DNA from: Octopus bimaculoides
Taxonomy: Eukaryota
Direction: 5' to 3'
DNA length: 64,000 nt
Assembly (NCBI RefSeq): GCF_001194135.2
Contig: NC_068984.1
Coordinates: forward strand, 34,124,640 to 34,188,639
Of the stretch, positions 12,771 to 24,986 are shown piece by piece. How positions within the stretch are numbered: position 1 is the stretch's first letter; each line of letters opens with the position of its first letter. The translations under genes and the position numbers were made by a program. The notes below the pieces were generated by a model. It was not told where the DNA came from. It did not search any database and saw only the letters and a program-made list of their open reading frames with translations.

Positions 12771-12869
12771 GTCAAGTGGGCAAGCTTCGGTGTCTCAGTA
12801 ATTACAACTGGGGGTAGGATCTTGGTGCTGCTTATGAGTTATAATGATCTTCATACTAGGGCAGCCACA

Positions 12870-13095
12870 TGATTGATACCAAGCCTGTTTGACTGGCTCC
12901 TGTGCAGGTGGTATGTAAAAAGCACTGACTATGCTCTCGGAGTGGTTGGCATTAGGAAGAGCATCCAGCTGTAGAAACATTGCCGGAGCAGATTGGAGCC
13001 TGGTGCAGCCGCTGGCTCTCTAGACCTCAGTCAAACCATCCAACCCATGCCAGCATGGAAAACAGATGTTAAACGATGATGATGATGATGATGTC
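12870..13095 (+). mobile_element. Repeat family B (RTE-type 3' tail, (GAT)n end)
   Basis: ggagtggttggcattaggaagagcatccagctgtagaaac...cccatgccagcatggaaaacagatgttaaacgatgatgatg. Confidence 0.8.
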
Positions 13096-13184
13096 TGTTA
13101 AAAAGCTTCTTGTATCGTTTACTGGGAAATGCATAGTTAAAAGAGATAGGAATTTCTTGCTTACATTAAATTTAATATATAAAG

Positions 13185-13990
13185 AGAAGTGAGGGAGTGC
13201 ACCATATTATTTTCCTAGAAGTAGTTGTCTGAAAATGTCATCATGCTATTTTCCACATATGAGACATGACGTTGTAGCTAGGACACTGTATAATGAATCA
13301 GAAGGATGACCCTGAGGACAGAGAAATAAGAATCCATAGTAGGGTGGAAGCCATAGCTAATCATAATAAAAAGAAGTACTGGTGGAATGTCCCAGTGAAA
13401 CCTCAATAAAATGTAAGCACAGCAGACCTGATATAATGATTTGGGATAGAGAAGAGAGACTGTACAGTTGTGGAAATTAGCAGCCCAGCAGATGTTAACA
13501 TAATGCTGAAGATGATGGAAAAAGAGAATACCAACACTGAACTATTGATAAATCTGCAGTTACTCTGTCCAGATAACAGGTTCAGGTTTATACCTGTAAT
13601 TATTGGGGCTCTAGGATATGTAACACACTGCCTAAATATGAGAAATTAGGCTTCTCAAAATCAGAACGGAGAAAGCTTATTCGAAGACTACAGATCCAAT
13701 CCATCACTGGAACTGTAAAAACCTGTAAAACTTTCCAGAAGTTTAGCACTGAGATATATATGAGCATGTCTAGATATGCAACTATATGCATGAGAATACA
13801 TACATAAAGCAAAACATACAAATTTGCACATATACATACATGCATACACATATATACATACATACGTGCCTGCATGCATGCATACACACATACAAACAAA
13901 AATACCCTGTATTTGATGTCGAAATTCCAATGGAATCTAGGTTAGAGACCAGTTCTTTCTCTATTGGCAAGAAAACTTGAAATAAAACTG
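13185..13990 (+). mobile_element. 3' end of an R4/Dong-like (restriction-like endonuclease) non-LTR retrotransposon
   Basis: Broken frame SSCLKMSSCYFPHMRHDVVARTLYNE...YWWNVPVK..KCKHSRPDIMIWDREER..VVEISSPADVNI...FIPVIIGALGYVTHCL...KLIRRLQIQSITGTVKTCKTFQKF: zinc-knuckle/RHD followed by the PD-type RLE motif, then 3' UTR. Confidence 0.8.
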
Positions 13991-14032
13991 AAACATGGCA
14001 TACATACATACATAAATATAGATATAGATATA

Positions 14033-14503
14033 AGCGCTGGCATGGCTGTGTGGTAAGAGGTTTGTTTCATAACAACATGGTTCAGAGTTTGGTCCTACTG
14101 CGTAGCACTTTGGGCAAGTGTTTTCTACTATAGCCTCAAGCTGACCAAAGACATGTGAGTGGATTCAGTAGAAAGAAACTGAAAGAAGCCCATTGTATAT
14201 GTATTGTGTATGTGTGTGTGTGTGTGTGTGTATGGGTGTGCGTGCGTGTGTGCGAGTGTATGTATGTGCGTGTGTGCATGCATGTGTGTGTATGAGTCTT
14301 TGAATCTGTGTTTGTCACCACTGCTTGACAACCAGTGTTGATATATTTACAACGTCATAACTTAGCAGTTTGACAAAATTGATTGATACATTACATATCA
14401 GGTTTTACACAAAGTAACAAGTACTGAGCTTGATTCCTTCTACTAAAATTATTCAAAGTGGTCCCCCAGTATGGCCACAGTCTAATTACTGAAACTAGTA
14501 AAA
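14033..14503 (+). mobile_element. SINE family A, full length, with internal (GT)n
   Basis: ggcatggctgtgtggtaag head; ttgggcaagtg core; tail cccagtatggccacagtctaattactgaaactagtaaaag. Confidence 0.8.
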
Positions 14504-14504
14504 G

Positions 14505-14622
<118 letters not shown>

Positions 14623-14630
14623 GTATATAT

Positions 14631-15212
14631 CATCATCATCGTTTAACGTCTGCTTTCCATGCTAGCATGGGTTGGACGATTTACCTGAGGACGGGTGAAC
14701 CAGATGGCTATGCTAGGCTCCAGTCTGATTTGGCAGAGTTTCTACAGTTGGATGCCCTTCCTAACACCAACCACTCCGAGAGTGTAGTGGGTGCTTTTAC
14801 GTGCCATCGGCACGAAGGCCAGTCAGGCGGTACTGGCAATGGCCACACTCAAAATGGTGTATTTTATGTGCCACCTGCACAGGAGCCAGTCCGGCGGCAC
14901 TGGCAATGACCTCACTTGAATGTCTTTTCACATGCCACTGGCACAAGTGCCAGGAAGGCTGGTAACGATTGCACTCAAATGATGCTATTTACGTGACACT
15001 TGCATGGAAGCCAGACAGCTGCTCTGGCATTGATCATGCTCAGACGGTACTCTTAGCGCTCCACTGGTACAGCTGCCATCATGATTTCGCTTTCACTTGC
15101 CGCAACAGGTCTTCACAAGCCGAGTTTAGTGTCCAATAAAGCAGACATTAGCATGGGTGCCAGTAGTCAAATTTAGTTTGATTTCAATTTCCCTTGCCTC
15201 AACAGGTTTTCG

Positions 15213-15215
<3 letters not shown>
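14631..15215 (-). mobile_element. Repeat family B, long copy with internal tandem modules, flanked on both sides by (TA)n
   Basis: Starts catcatcatcgtttaacgtctgctttccatgctagcatggg; repeated gtgccacc/ggcactggcaa modules. Confidence 0.85.
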
Positions 15216-15249
<34 letters not shown>

Positions 15250-16293
15250 ATACTTCTTTTAGGCTACTATTACTTTTAAATGGTTATATTACCACATATG
15301 TACATAGGCTACAAGGAAGAAAAATATCTCCAAATCAGTGAAGAATACAGTGTCATTAATTTAATCTACCGTAAAAAAAATTTTTTTTAATAAGGAAAAA
15401 ATCCCTGCAACAAAAAATTCATCTGTTAATCCTTTGTTCTGGTTAGAAAATACAGGTGAAAATATCAACAGAGGGCTTACATATATACATATATATATTT
15501 TTTTTCAATTTCTCAAATATGTTTCAGTTATCTCTGTATTTCCACAGCAAAGCACTACTTTGATAAAACATAATATTTTACATTTTTTGTGTTTGAAATA
15601 ATTTCCCTAATGGCCCACAAAATCTCTGCCACTAGCAGTATGTTAAGTCCTTAGGCAAAAGACATCCGTTTACATACTCCAATCTAATTGAAAATTTTGT
15701 AACTCTCCCAGGGTATGATTAAGTCTATAAGTAACATAAACAGCACTTTTTGTTTTTGTTACTGGTAAAATATCTCTAGAAATAAATGTGGAAAAGCCTT
15801 CTATGTTGTATCGTCATAGAAAAAGCATGTAATATATTTGTAATTTTTTAAAAGAACATTTTTTATCAACTTTAATATATGGATATAAGTTCAACTTCAT
15901 GCTAAAACATTGATTTACCAAAGTAAATGTGAATCAGCTGATTCTATTTTAAAATTTAACATTTTACTGACTGACTAGGACGTAGCATCTGAGATAAGCT
16001 TCTACATTTACAAGCTCATGACAGATATGAAAGATTTTTCTGTAAGAAATTACAGTAAAAATTCTTCCAATGTTATTAAATCTTTGGTCTGATCACAATC
16101 TTCAAATTTTCAGATTGTCAGAAGGCTTCCCGGAATGATTGATCACATCTACTAATGTGTGTGTATGTGCGTATTCATTTATAAGTGTGCATGTGTGTGT
16201 GCACATACATAGAATGTGCATATATATATTATATATATATGTTTATATATCATATATACCATATATATATATATATATTTATAGTATATTATA

Positions 16294-16342
<49 letters not shown>

Positions 16343-16483
16343 ATCAATCATAGACATGAGCTTTTAGATAAAATAATTTCATACATATTTCGTGTAGTCT
16401 TTTCATATTTGCATATCTATCCATCTACTTATATACAATTATCTTTCTGTTTCTATCTGTCAGTCTGTCTGTGTATCTCTATC

Positions 16484-16518
<35 letters not shown>

Positions 16519-16612
16519 TATATATACATATATAGTATATATATATATATATATATATATACTATATATACATGCTTACACACATATGTGTGTGCGTATA
16601 TATATATTTATA

Positions 16613-16647
<35 letters not shown>

Positions 16648-17431
16648 ATATATGCATGCATACATACATATGTATGTATGCATATATGTATGTATGTTTG
16701 CATGTACATATATATGTATCAGTTTACACAAACCAACATATTTATAATTTTAGGATTTTCGTGTATGTTTTTCAATTCTATTAAATTATCGACAAATGAT
16801 CTTTTCCCCTTTATTTTTTAATACATTAAAACCTAAAATGGATCAGCTAAATTCTGATATCAATTGACATCATATATTTGAAGACTAGTTCTATGTTTAC
16901 ATTCTATGCTCAACTTGTCACATATTTTCACAGTTATTTCATATTTTCCTACGTTTTACTTTTCATGGCTGCATTCTTAATACATGGTGCTTTGCAAATT
17001 TAAAGATTTAACACTCTCTTGCAACTATAATTTATGGTGATTTTTCTTTTTTATCAACCTTTTATGAAAATCTATATGTTTCCATATAACTACAGGTCTA
17101 CCACTACATATATGAACTACTCTACATTTTGCTCACTCTGTTAGATCTAACTCTCCCTCAAATCACATGGTGCCATTTCTAAATCATGGCTAGGTACAGT
17201 GGATAATGTGTTCCTACATACAATATCTCTGTCTAAAAAGAAAAGTTATAAAAATAAGAGAGTTTTTTTTATTGTTGGAACACCTTTGATCACAGGTCTG
17301 CTTAGTCAGAACAGACCAAGAGGTAAACAACTGCAACATTGTTCATGCTGAGTCTAATTTTTTCCTGATTTTTTTGGTTTCGTCATCTCCAAATCTCTAA
17401 CTCTTTAGCAATCAGATTACTCTGTCAAATC

Positions 17432-18018
17432 AGTGGAGGCACAATGGCCGGTGGTTAGGGCAGCAGACTCGCGGTCATAGGATCGTGGTTTCGATTCCCA
17501 GACCGGGCGTTGTGAGTGTTTATTGAGCGAAAACACCTAAAAACCTCCACGAGGCTCCAGCAGGAGATGGTGGCGAACCCTGCTGTACTCTTTCACCACA
17601 ACTTTCTCTCACTCTTACTTCCTGTTTCTGTTGTGCCTGTAATTCAAATGGTCAACCTTGTCACACTGTGTCACACTGAATATCCTCAAGAACTACATTA
17701 AGGGNNNNNNNNNNGTGAGTGTTTATTGAGCGAAAACACCTAAAAACCTCCACGAGGCTCCAGCAGGAGATGGTGGCGAACCCTGCTGTACTCTTTCACC
17801 ACAACTTTCTCTCACTCTTACTTCCTGTTTCTGTTGTGCCTGTAATTCAAATGGTCAACCTTGTCACACTGTGTCACACTGAATATCCTCAAGAACTACA
17901 TTAAGGGTACACGTGTCTGTGGAGTGCTCAGCCACTTGCATGTTAATTTCATGAGCAGGTTGTTCCGTGGATCGGATCAAATGGAACCCTCGACATCGTA
18001 AACAACGGAGTGCCAACA
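17432..18018 (+). mobile_element. Young tRNA-derived SINE family D (resembles octopus OR-type SINEs) with a 13-bp TSD; internal segment duplicated across a 10-N gap
   Basis: A-box tggccggtgg, B-box gtttcgattcc, TCG-like anticodon region. TSD actctgtcaaatc at 17419-17431 and 18019-18031. Confidence 0.88.
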
Positions 18019-18374
18019 ACTCTGTCAAATCTAATACGGAATTAATAATACAGTATCTCATGGCTTCAAGATTTTAATGTGATTGTTTATTTCTGCAATA
18101 ACATTGTCGGGTAGGTGTGACAGGCTGGCTCTGGCCAGTTTTAAGATAAAACACAAAATATTTGGGACAGGTGTGACTGGTTTAAATGCTAAAATGCTAA
18201 TACCTCATATAATCTTAGTGTTGATGAATCACAACAGCTCTGCTTCACTTTGACTGCATCTTTTTAACTCTTGGTAACATAAAAACAAGGATGTGTAGTT
18301 GCTCTTGTAAATGATCTGAAAGATTACATAACTATACTAACTAGCAATATGCAGTGCACATTTTATCCTCTCTG

Positions 18375-18780
18375 ACCTACATGTTCGAACCCTTTCCCAT
18401 AAACGTGTTGCAGCTTCACGTTCCTGGCACTTGTGCTGGTGGCACGTGAAAAGTCATTCGAGCGAGATCGTTGCCAGTGCCGCTGGACTGGTTCCTGTGC
18501 AGTTGGCAAGTAAAATACACAATTTTGAGCATGGCCGTTGCCAGTACCGCCTGACTGGCCTTCGTGCCAGTGGCACGTAAAAGCACCCATTACAATCTCG
18601 AAGTGGTTGGCATTAGGAAGGGCATCCAGCTGTAGAAACTCTGCCAGATCAAATTGGAACCTGGTGTAGCCATTCCTAATACCAACCACTTTTTGGTGTA
18701 TAGTGGGTGCTTTTACACATCACCAGCATGGAAGCTTTTACATGGCACCTGTACAGGTGCTTTTTATGTGGCACTAGCAC
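18375..18780. mobile_element. Two truncated family B copies in opposite orientation
   Basis: Plus copy 18375-18672 (..aagtggttggcattaggaagggcatccagc..) directly abuts minus copy 18673-18780 (ttcctaataccaaccac..gtgggtgctttt). Confidence 0.75.
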
Positions 18781-18781
18781 C

Positions 18782-18888
18782 AACAAGCTCATAAGATTGT
18801 AGGAATATGTAGAACAAGCCCACAAGATTGTGGGTGTATGTGTAACAAGCCCACAAGATTGTGGGAGTATGTGGAACAAGCCCACAAG
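18782..18888. repeat. 31-bp minisatellite, about 3.5 copies
   Basis: Units at 18782, 18813, 18844 and partial 18875; consensus aacaagcccacaagattgtgggagtatgtgg. Confidence 0.9.
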
Positions 18889-19427
18889 CCTGCAAGTCCA
18901 CAGCAGATGGATGCAGAGGACATGCCTGTATGCCCAGACAACCAGAGTTCTCACTTCAGTGTCTCTGAGAAAAAAGATTGGAATGAATTTGACCATAAGA
19001 CTACTCATGTAGAGAAGACCTGGTGCTAAACAATAAAACAAATATTAATCAGTCAACCATCAGCATCTGTAAAATACTACTGTGCTATTTTGATGTTGGT
19101 CAAACCAGTTAGTTTCTTAAGAAATGGATAACCAATATAACAATTATTACCTTGTCAATTTTAATAGAATTAATCACTTATCTGCTAACTAATATCTAGC
19201 TTTACTTAGATGAAAATCTAGCATAATTTATCTGTATTGCATTAGGCTAAATAAAAACTATATATGTAAAATATATTATGTTACATATGTGTGTGGGGTT
19301 GTGTGCATGTATATCTGCAAGTGTATAGCCAATCACTGGCTTCCTGGCTACTACGGTGTATGTTATGCATATATGTATCTGTGTACATTTGTCTTTGTAA
19401 AAATATGGATATTCCTCCCTCTCTCTC

Positions 19428-19472
<45 letters not shown>

Positions 19473-20559
19473 TCACTCACTCTCTCTCATCTTTCTGTTT
19501 CTCTTGTACTATCTATCTTACTCTGTTGCTCTCTCTCTCTCTCTCTCTCTTTCTCTTTCTCTCTCTCACTTTCATTTTCTTTCAGTCGTTTTAACATACA
19601 TTTATGTGTGCAAACATTCATGTAAACGAACAAGATCAGTCATTTATCCTGAAAAACAAATGTATAAAAGATATTTTAAAAAACATCGAAATATTTTAGA
19701 GTGAGCTGACACACAACTCCACAGCTTAGGTTTAGTAAAAGCTGTCTGTGAGAAGAAAATGCAAACTGCAGAATCTTCAAGCTGATCTGATGTCAGAAAG
19801 TGTAGCTGTTTGACAACACTTATCATTTTCCTTGATGTTTACATGCGATTTAATCAATAGGACAAAAAAAAATCATTATTTGAAATAAGAAATAAGGAAT
19901 GTAAATGAAAACAGAACTGAAGGAAATATCAAAATACATGTTAGCATTTTTTTTTTTACATGTATTACATATCCTTGTAAGCAGGGTTGTTGTCAATAAT
20001 TTTAAAGATTATATGTATGTGTGTAATGTGTGTGTGTGTTGTGTGTTTGTGTGTGTGTGTGTGCATGTGAATGTGTGTGTATATATACATATATTTATAG
20101 AGAGAGAAAGAGTTATTATGAGGATATTTAGACATCCTATAGGGATATTTTCATCCAAGATACACTGGTTTAATATATTATAAATTTGAAGAGATATTTC
20201 TTCAATGAATATATTATAAAATATAAAATATAAAATATTATTATTAAGTTTGAAAATGGAGAGAGTCAATGGATATAAATTAATTGATTAATTAATTATC
20301 ATTGTTACCTACAATTGTTTCATTTCACATCTAATTTAAATTGCAAAAGATACATAACTATATATGTGCATTTTAAAATAACTTGTGTAGAAAATCTTCA
20401 GGGCATGAAAAAGGACAATAACTCCAGTTGACTCTATTGGAATATTTCAACTGATCAAAATATAATTTCTGTATTGTCCTTTTTCATGCCCTGAAGATTT
20501 TCCACTCAAGATATTTTGAAATGCAAACTTATATATTTATATATGTTTTGTATTGATTC

Positions 20560-20790
20560 CCAAACCAGCTGTACATTGTGTTCTTGAACAAAACACTTCA
20601 TTTCACATTGCTCCCGTCCACTCAGCTGTAAATAGGTAACTGTCTGATGGAGAATCTGATCAAGAGGAATGTTGTCTTGCTCATCTAGCTTGTAGAGTGG
20701 CATCATTTGAAAGCTAAAATAATGCAAAGTGTATTGTAACCAACAATGTATAACAACATCTAATAGGCTGGTCAGTCACGATCACATGAT
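20560..20790 (+). mobile_element. Old SINE remnant with a Meta/CORE-like central domain
   Basis: tgtgttcttgaacaaaacacttcatttcacattgctcccgtccactcagctgtaaataggta resembles conserved SINE cores (recalled, not searched). Confidence 0.5.
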
Positions 20791-21981
20791 ATGTGTATGT
20801 GTGAGTGGGTGTTTGTGTGTTTATATATAAGAACACAGAAAATGCAACTGGGATGTTATGCTTTATATAATATACATGTTTGCAGTAAGCTTACCACCAT
20901 TATTATGTAAGCAACTAGACCATATTAGGCAACCTAATATAATTGACCTTTGACTTACTTTGGCAGAATCTGCAAAAGTACAACATAAAAAATAATGCAG
21001 GCTCTTGTATACATTAGTATGCAAATTAATTACCATGAGATTATTATTGTGAATAAATGGTAAAATAGGTGTGAGGTTAAGTTTGACTTAATCCTCAAAG
21101 TTTGATTTAATCCTCAAAGTTTGACTCAACTCTACATGAATTAAAGTTTCATGGGTGCATAAAACACAGCTGCTCAGTCAGATGTTGAGTATTACTCAAC
21201 AATATTAAGTGAACTTTCCCCTACCAACATTCCCTAATGAACATCAAAGTATAAGATAAACAACACTACGAGAGGCCTGACTAATAACCACTGACTTCCA
21301 GATAAAAACAGAAAATATCCTAAATAACAACAACAACAACAACAAGTAAAGAAACTGACCAGCTGAAACATACCATCTACTTACATTTTTTGCTAACCCC
21401 TAAAAAATTCCATTACAAAAATGTCTACACACCCAATTGTTAAGTATTTACATATTAAATTAAACTTTGAATCTTTGACCTTTACATTGTCAAAGCAAAG
21501 ACTTAAATCCAGTGACACCATAAATAAATAAAACTACTGGCACATCCTATATCTCCCTCCCGTAAAGAACATACCCAAATATTCACATCTGATTACAAAT
21601 TTCAACATACATGAATAAATTCTAAGCAATAACATAATCCAAAATATAATGAAAAGAAATAACCCAACCTAAAACCCTAAAACCCTAAAATCCTAATTAT
21701 CACTCCACTCAAGCCCACATACCCAATGGAGCTTTTGAGTGAACAAAGACTATATAAAGCCAAGATTAACTTCAATGCATTGCTGTCTGATATTGGCTTA
21801 ACTGGTTGAAGATTCAACCAATTAAGCCAACATCGAAGTCACTTTTCTTATGTATATAATATTTTTGTATAAGAATTAAAAATATTTGCACTACAAAAGT
21901 ATAGAGTAACCCATCAGATTAATGTAAAAATGTTTTTACAGCAGTTGAACATAAAAACAAATATTAACACACAAACTCACT

Positions 21982-21984
<3 letters not shown>

Positions 21985-22060
<76 letters not shown>
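21985..22060. repeat. (CA)n microsatellite
   Basis: Direct reading. Many other TA, TATG, ATCT, CT, ATT and CTA tracts occur (e.g. 8705-8870, 16200-16700, 19420-19570, 23730-23800, 29800-29890, 33475-33590, 33905-34030). Confidence 0.95.
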
Positions 22061-22062
<2 letters not shown>

Positions 22063-22199
22063 TCCCTGATTGTTTAATCCTCAAGTCTACCTCGATTGAT
22101 GCAGCCTTTGATAGAGGAATTCCAGCTTTTAACATCCAGTCCCTGAATATTTAAAACTGTCTTGTCCAATTCATCCTTACTTTATAAAGAGGTGAAATA

Positions 22200-22427
22200 T
22201 TGGGTTGTCCGGAAAGTTTGTGCCAATTTTTAAAGGAAAGAAAAAAGTCAATAAATACTTGCCATTATATTTCTAATCAACCAAATAGGAACCATTTTGT
22301 TGCACAATGCGTTTCCATCTTTCCATTAACTTGAAAATATCCTCTTCCCAGAACTGAGGTGGTTTCATGGCAAATAAGTCAAAAGGTAAGCTACGATAAA
22401 TCGGCACGAACTTTCCAGACAACCCAA
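22200..22427 (-). mobile_element. Mariner mini-element (228 bp) retaining the transposase C-terminus
   Basis: 30-bp TIRs ttgggttgtccggaaagtttgtgccaattt / aaatcggcacgaactttccagacaacccaa (27/30), TA flanks at 22198-22199 and 22428-22429. Minus frame FAMKPPQFWEEDIFKLMERWKRIVQQNGSYLVD* is a typical mariner C-terminus. Confidence 0.9.
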
Positions 22428-23147
22428 TATTACTGGAGTGAAATTTGGCTGATATGTCTAACATGTTGATTGACCATATATAAAAATTCTTGCATTAGTT
22501 TGATGTGTGTAAGTATATTGAATATCATCAGATCATTTCCATGAAACTTCTGAGTGACAGAATGAATCTAACTTTGAATAAACTAGTAAATATACTACAT
22601 ACGTACATACATACATACATGCATACATACATACATACATATATACATACTTACTTACATACATACATATATTTACTACCTTTATTCAAAGTTATATAAT
22701 ACCTCATCTTTTCAATATGTCTCTCCCTCAGTTTCACTTTTGTGTAGATTCTAAGATTATGCTTAAACAAAAATGTGTTTATGAATAGACTCCCTTTCTC
22801 TCTCATACACACATGTATGCATACATACATTCACAACTATACAATCACCTGATCAAAGTTACATTTACAAATAATGTTACATATGTGTGGTTGCTTTTGT
22901 TTGGACAAATATTCAAGAGTAAACTATGAGGCTATAATGCAATCTAGAATAGAATATATCTAAACTTCTGGCTACCTTCTATTTCCAAATATTTCCAAAT
23001 ATTCAGCAGACTACATAAAGTTTTTCTTGTTTTGCTGCATGACAAAATATGTACGTCAGTATATACATGCATGTCTGTATGTATATGTGTGTATATATAT
23101 ATATATATGTATACATATATATGTAAGTATATATATATGTATGTTTA

Positions 23148-23211
<64 letters not shown>

Positions 23212-23234
23212 GATATATATATGTATATATATAT

Positions 23235-23438
23235 NNNNNNNNNNNNNNNNNNNNNNNNNNNNNNNNNNNNNNNNNNNNNNNNNNNNNNNNNNNNNNNNNN
23301 NNNNNNNNNNNNNNNNNNNNNNNNNNNNNNNNNNNNNNNNNNNNNNNNNNNNNNNNNNNNNNNNNNNNNNNNNNNNNNNNNNNNNNNNNNNNNNNNNNNN
23401 NNNNNNNNNNNNNNNNNNNNNNNNNNNNNNNNNNNNNN
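23235..23438. other. Assembly gap; others at 12013-12022, 17705-17714, 47526-47742, about 51379-51752 and 59920-59929
   Basis: Runs of N; the three long gaps are all bounded by (TA)n microsatellites. Confidence 0.99.
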
Positions 23439-23728
23439 ATATGCATATTGTAATTCTTTATTCTTTCTATTTTTTCTTTTAATTTGTGCAGAATATAGTT
23501 TGTAACAAATAGATATATTTTATTATTGAGGAAGCAGCTATACCTATATAAAAGTTTGAAAATAACCAAATAAGCCAGTAAAGCAATAACTAAATATTGC
23601 CATAATGTAGTTAAGAGTTTAACATATTTGGCTTATGATGTTTTAAATCTATGTTCAAATGCACCACCAGGCATAGATTTATGACCTCTTGTACAACCTA
23701 AATGACCACACTTATTTTTCCCAACGTA

Positions 23729-23786
<58 letters not shown>

Positions 23787-24069
23787 CATTACTATTATTA
23801 CTTAAATTTTCTATCATTTATACATTTCTTAATAGGTTCGCTAATTATGGCATTATTCTAAAAGGAAACATTGAATTACTTCTCTGAACTTCAGTTCAGT
23901 AGGATATGTAACAGGATAACACTATATTCTGCCTATATAATGGACAAAATATATGTTTTTATTCATGGGTGTAATGGGTATTTTGTAGTCCAAGGAAGAT
24001 GGTTTTGCAATTTCTTGCTGAACAAACCCGAACAAATGATTTGCTTATAGTGATCAAATGTTTATGCTA

Positions 24070-24480
24070 GGCGTAGGAGTGGCTGTGTGGTAAGTAGTAT
24101 GCTTATGGACCACATGATTCTGGGTTCAGTTCCACTGTGTGGAACGTTGGGCAAGTGTCTTGTACTATAGCCTCGGGCCAACCAAAGCCTTTTGAGTGGA
24201 TTTGGTAGACGGAAACTGAAAGAAGCCCGTCATATATATGTATATATATATATATATGTATGTGCATGTGTATGTTTGTGTGTCTGTGTTTGTCCCCCAA
24301 ACATCGCTTGACAATCGATGCTGGTGTGTTTACATCCCCGTAACTTCGCGGTTTGTCAAAAGAGGCTGATCGAATAAGTACTAGGCTTACAACGAATAAA
24401 TCCTGGGGTCGATTTGCTCGACTAAAGGCGGTGCTCCAGCATGGCCACAGTAAAATGACTCAAACAAGTAAAGAGTAAGA
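24070..24480 (+). mobile_element. SINE family A, full length, young
   Basis: gcgtaggagtggctgtgtggtaag...aagcccgtc(TA)n...aaggcggtgctccagcatggccacag...aaacaagtaaaagag. Confidence 0.9.
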
Positions 24481-24917
24481 GCTACACATCAGCTCACTGC
24501 CTCCATCAAATTGCCTGAAACAAGTGCACAGTATACTTCATTTTAGGTGTCAAAGCATTTGCAGAGCAATATGAAATGAAGAATACAAGACATCACTGAG
24601 CAATATCAGATAAGAACACAAGGCATCACCCAGTCCAAAAACTGAAACCACAATATTTGTGAAAGCAACACCCTGACCACTAAACCATATAGTTTCATAG
24701 GGGTAAAGATTTAATTTCTAAAGATATAACAAAAATAATGTCTCACTGATCTTTTGGTGTAGGTGTGTGCTGAAATTTGCTTTTGCGAAAATGTTCTTTT
24801 TCTTTATAACGTGTATATCCATTCCAATATCCATCTCTCAGATGTCACATTGAAAAATTCATCTTGAAAAAACTTGTGTGCAAACATTTTTTTCATATTG
24901 TGGAGCTAGATATAAAA

Positions 24918-24986
<69 letters not shown>

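Noticed and set aside
17435-17510. tRNA gene (also at about 25488)
   Set aside because: The A/B boxes belong to a SINE head; it continues into a 300-nt body with TSDs and lacks a proper acceptor stem.
17516-17904. Apparent exact ~190-bp tandem duplication inside a SINE (two identical 61-aa ORFs)
   Set aside because: The copies flank a 10-N gap, so this is an unmerged contig overlap. The same artefact appears at 12013-12022 and 59920-59929.
18782-18888. CRISPR array
   Set aside because: Eukaryotic context, contiguous repeats without unique spacers, and no cas genes.
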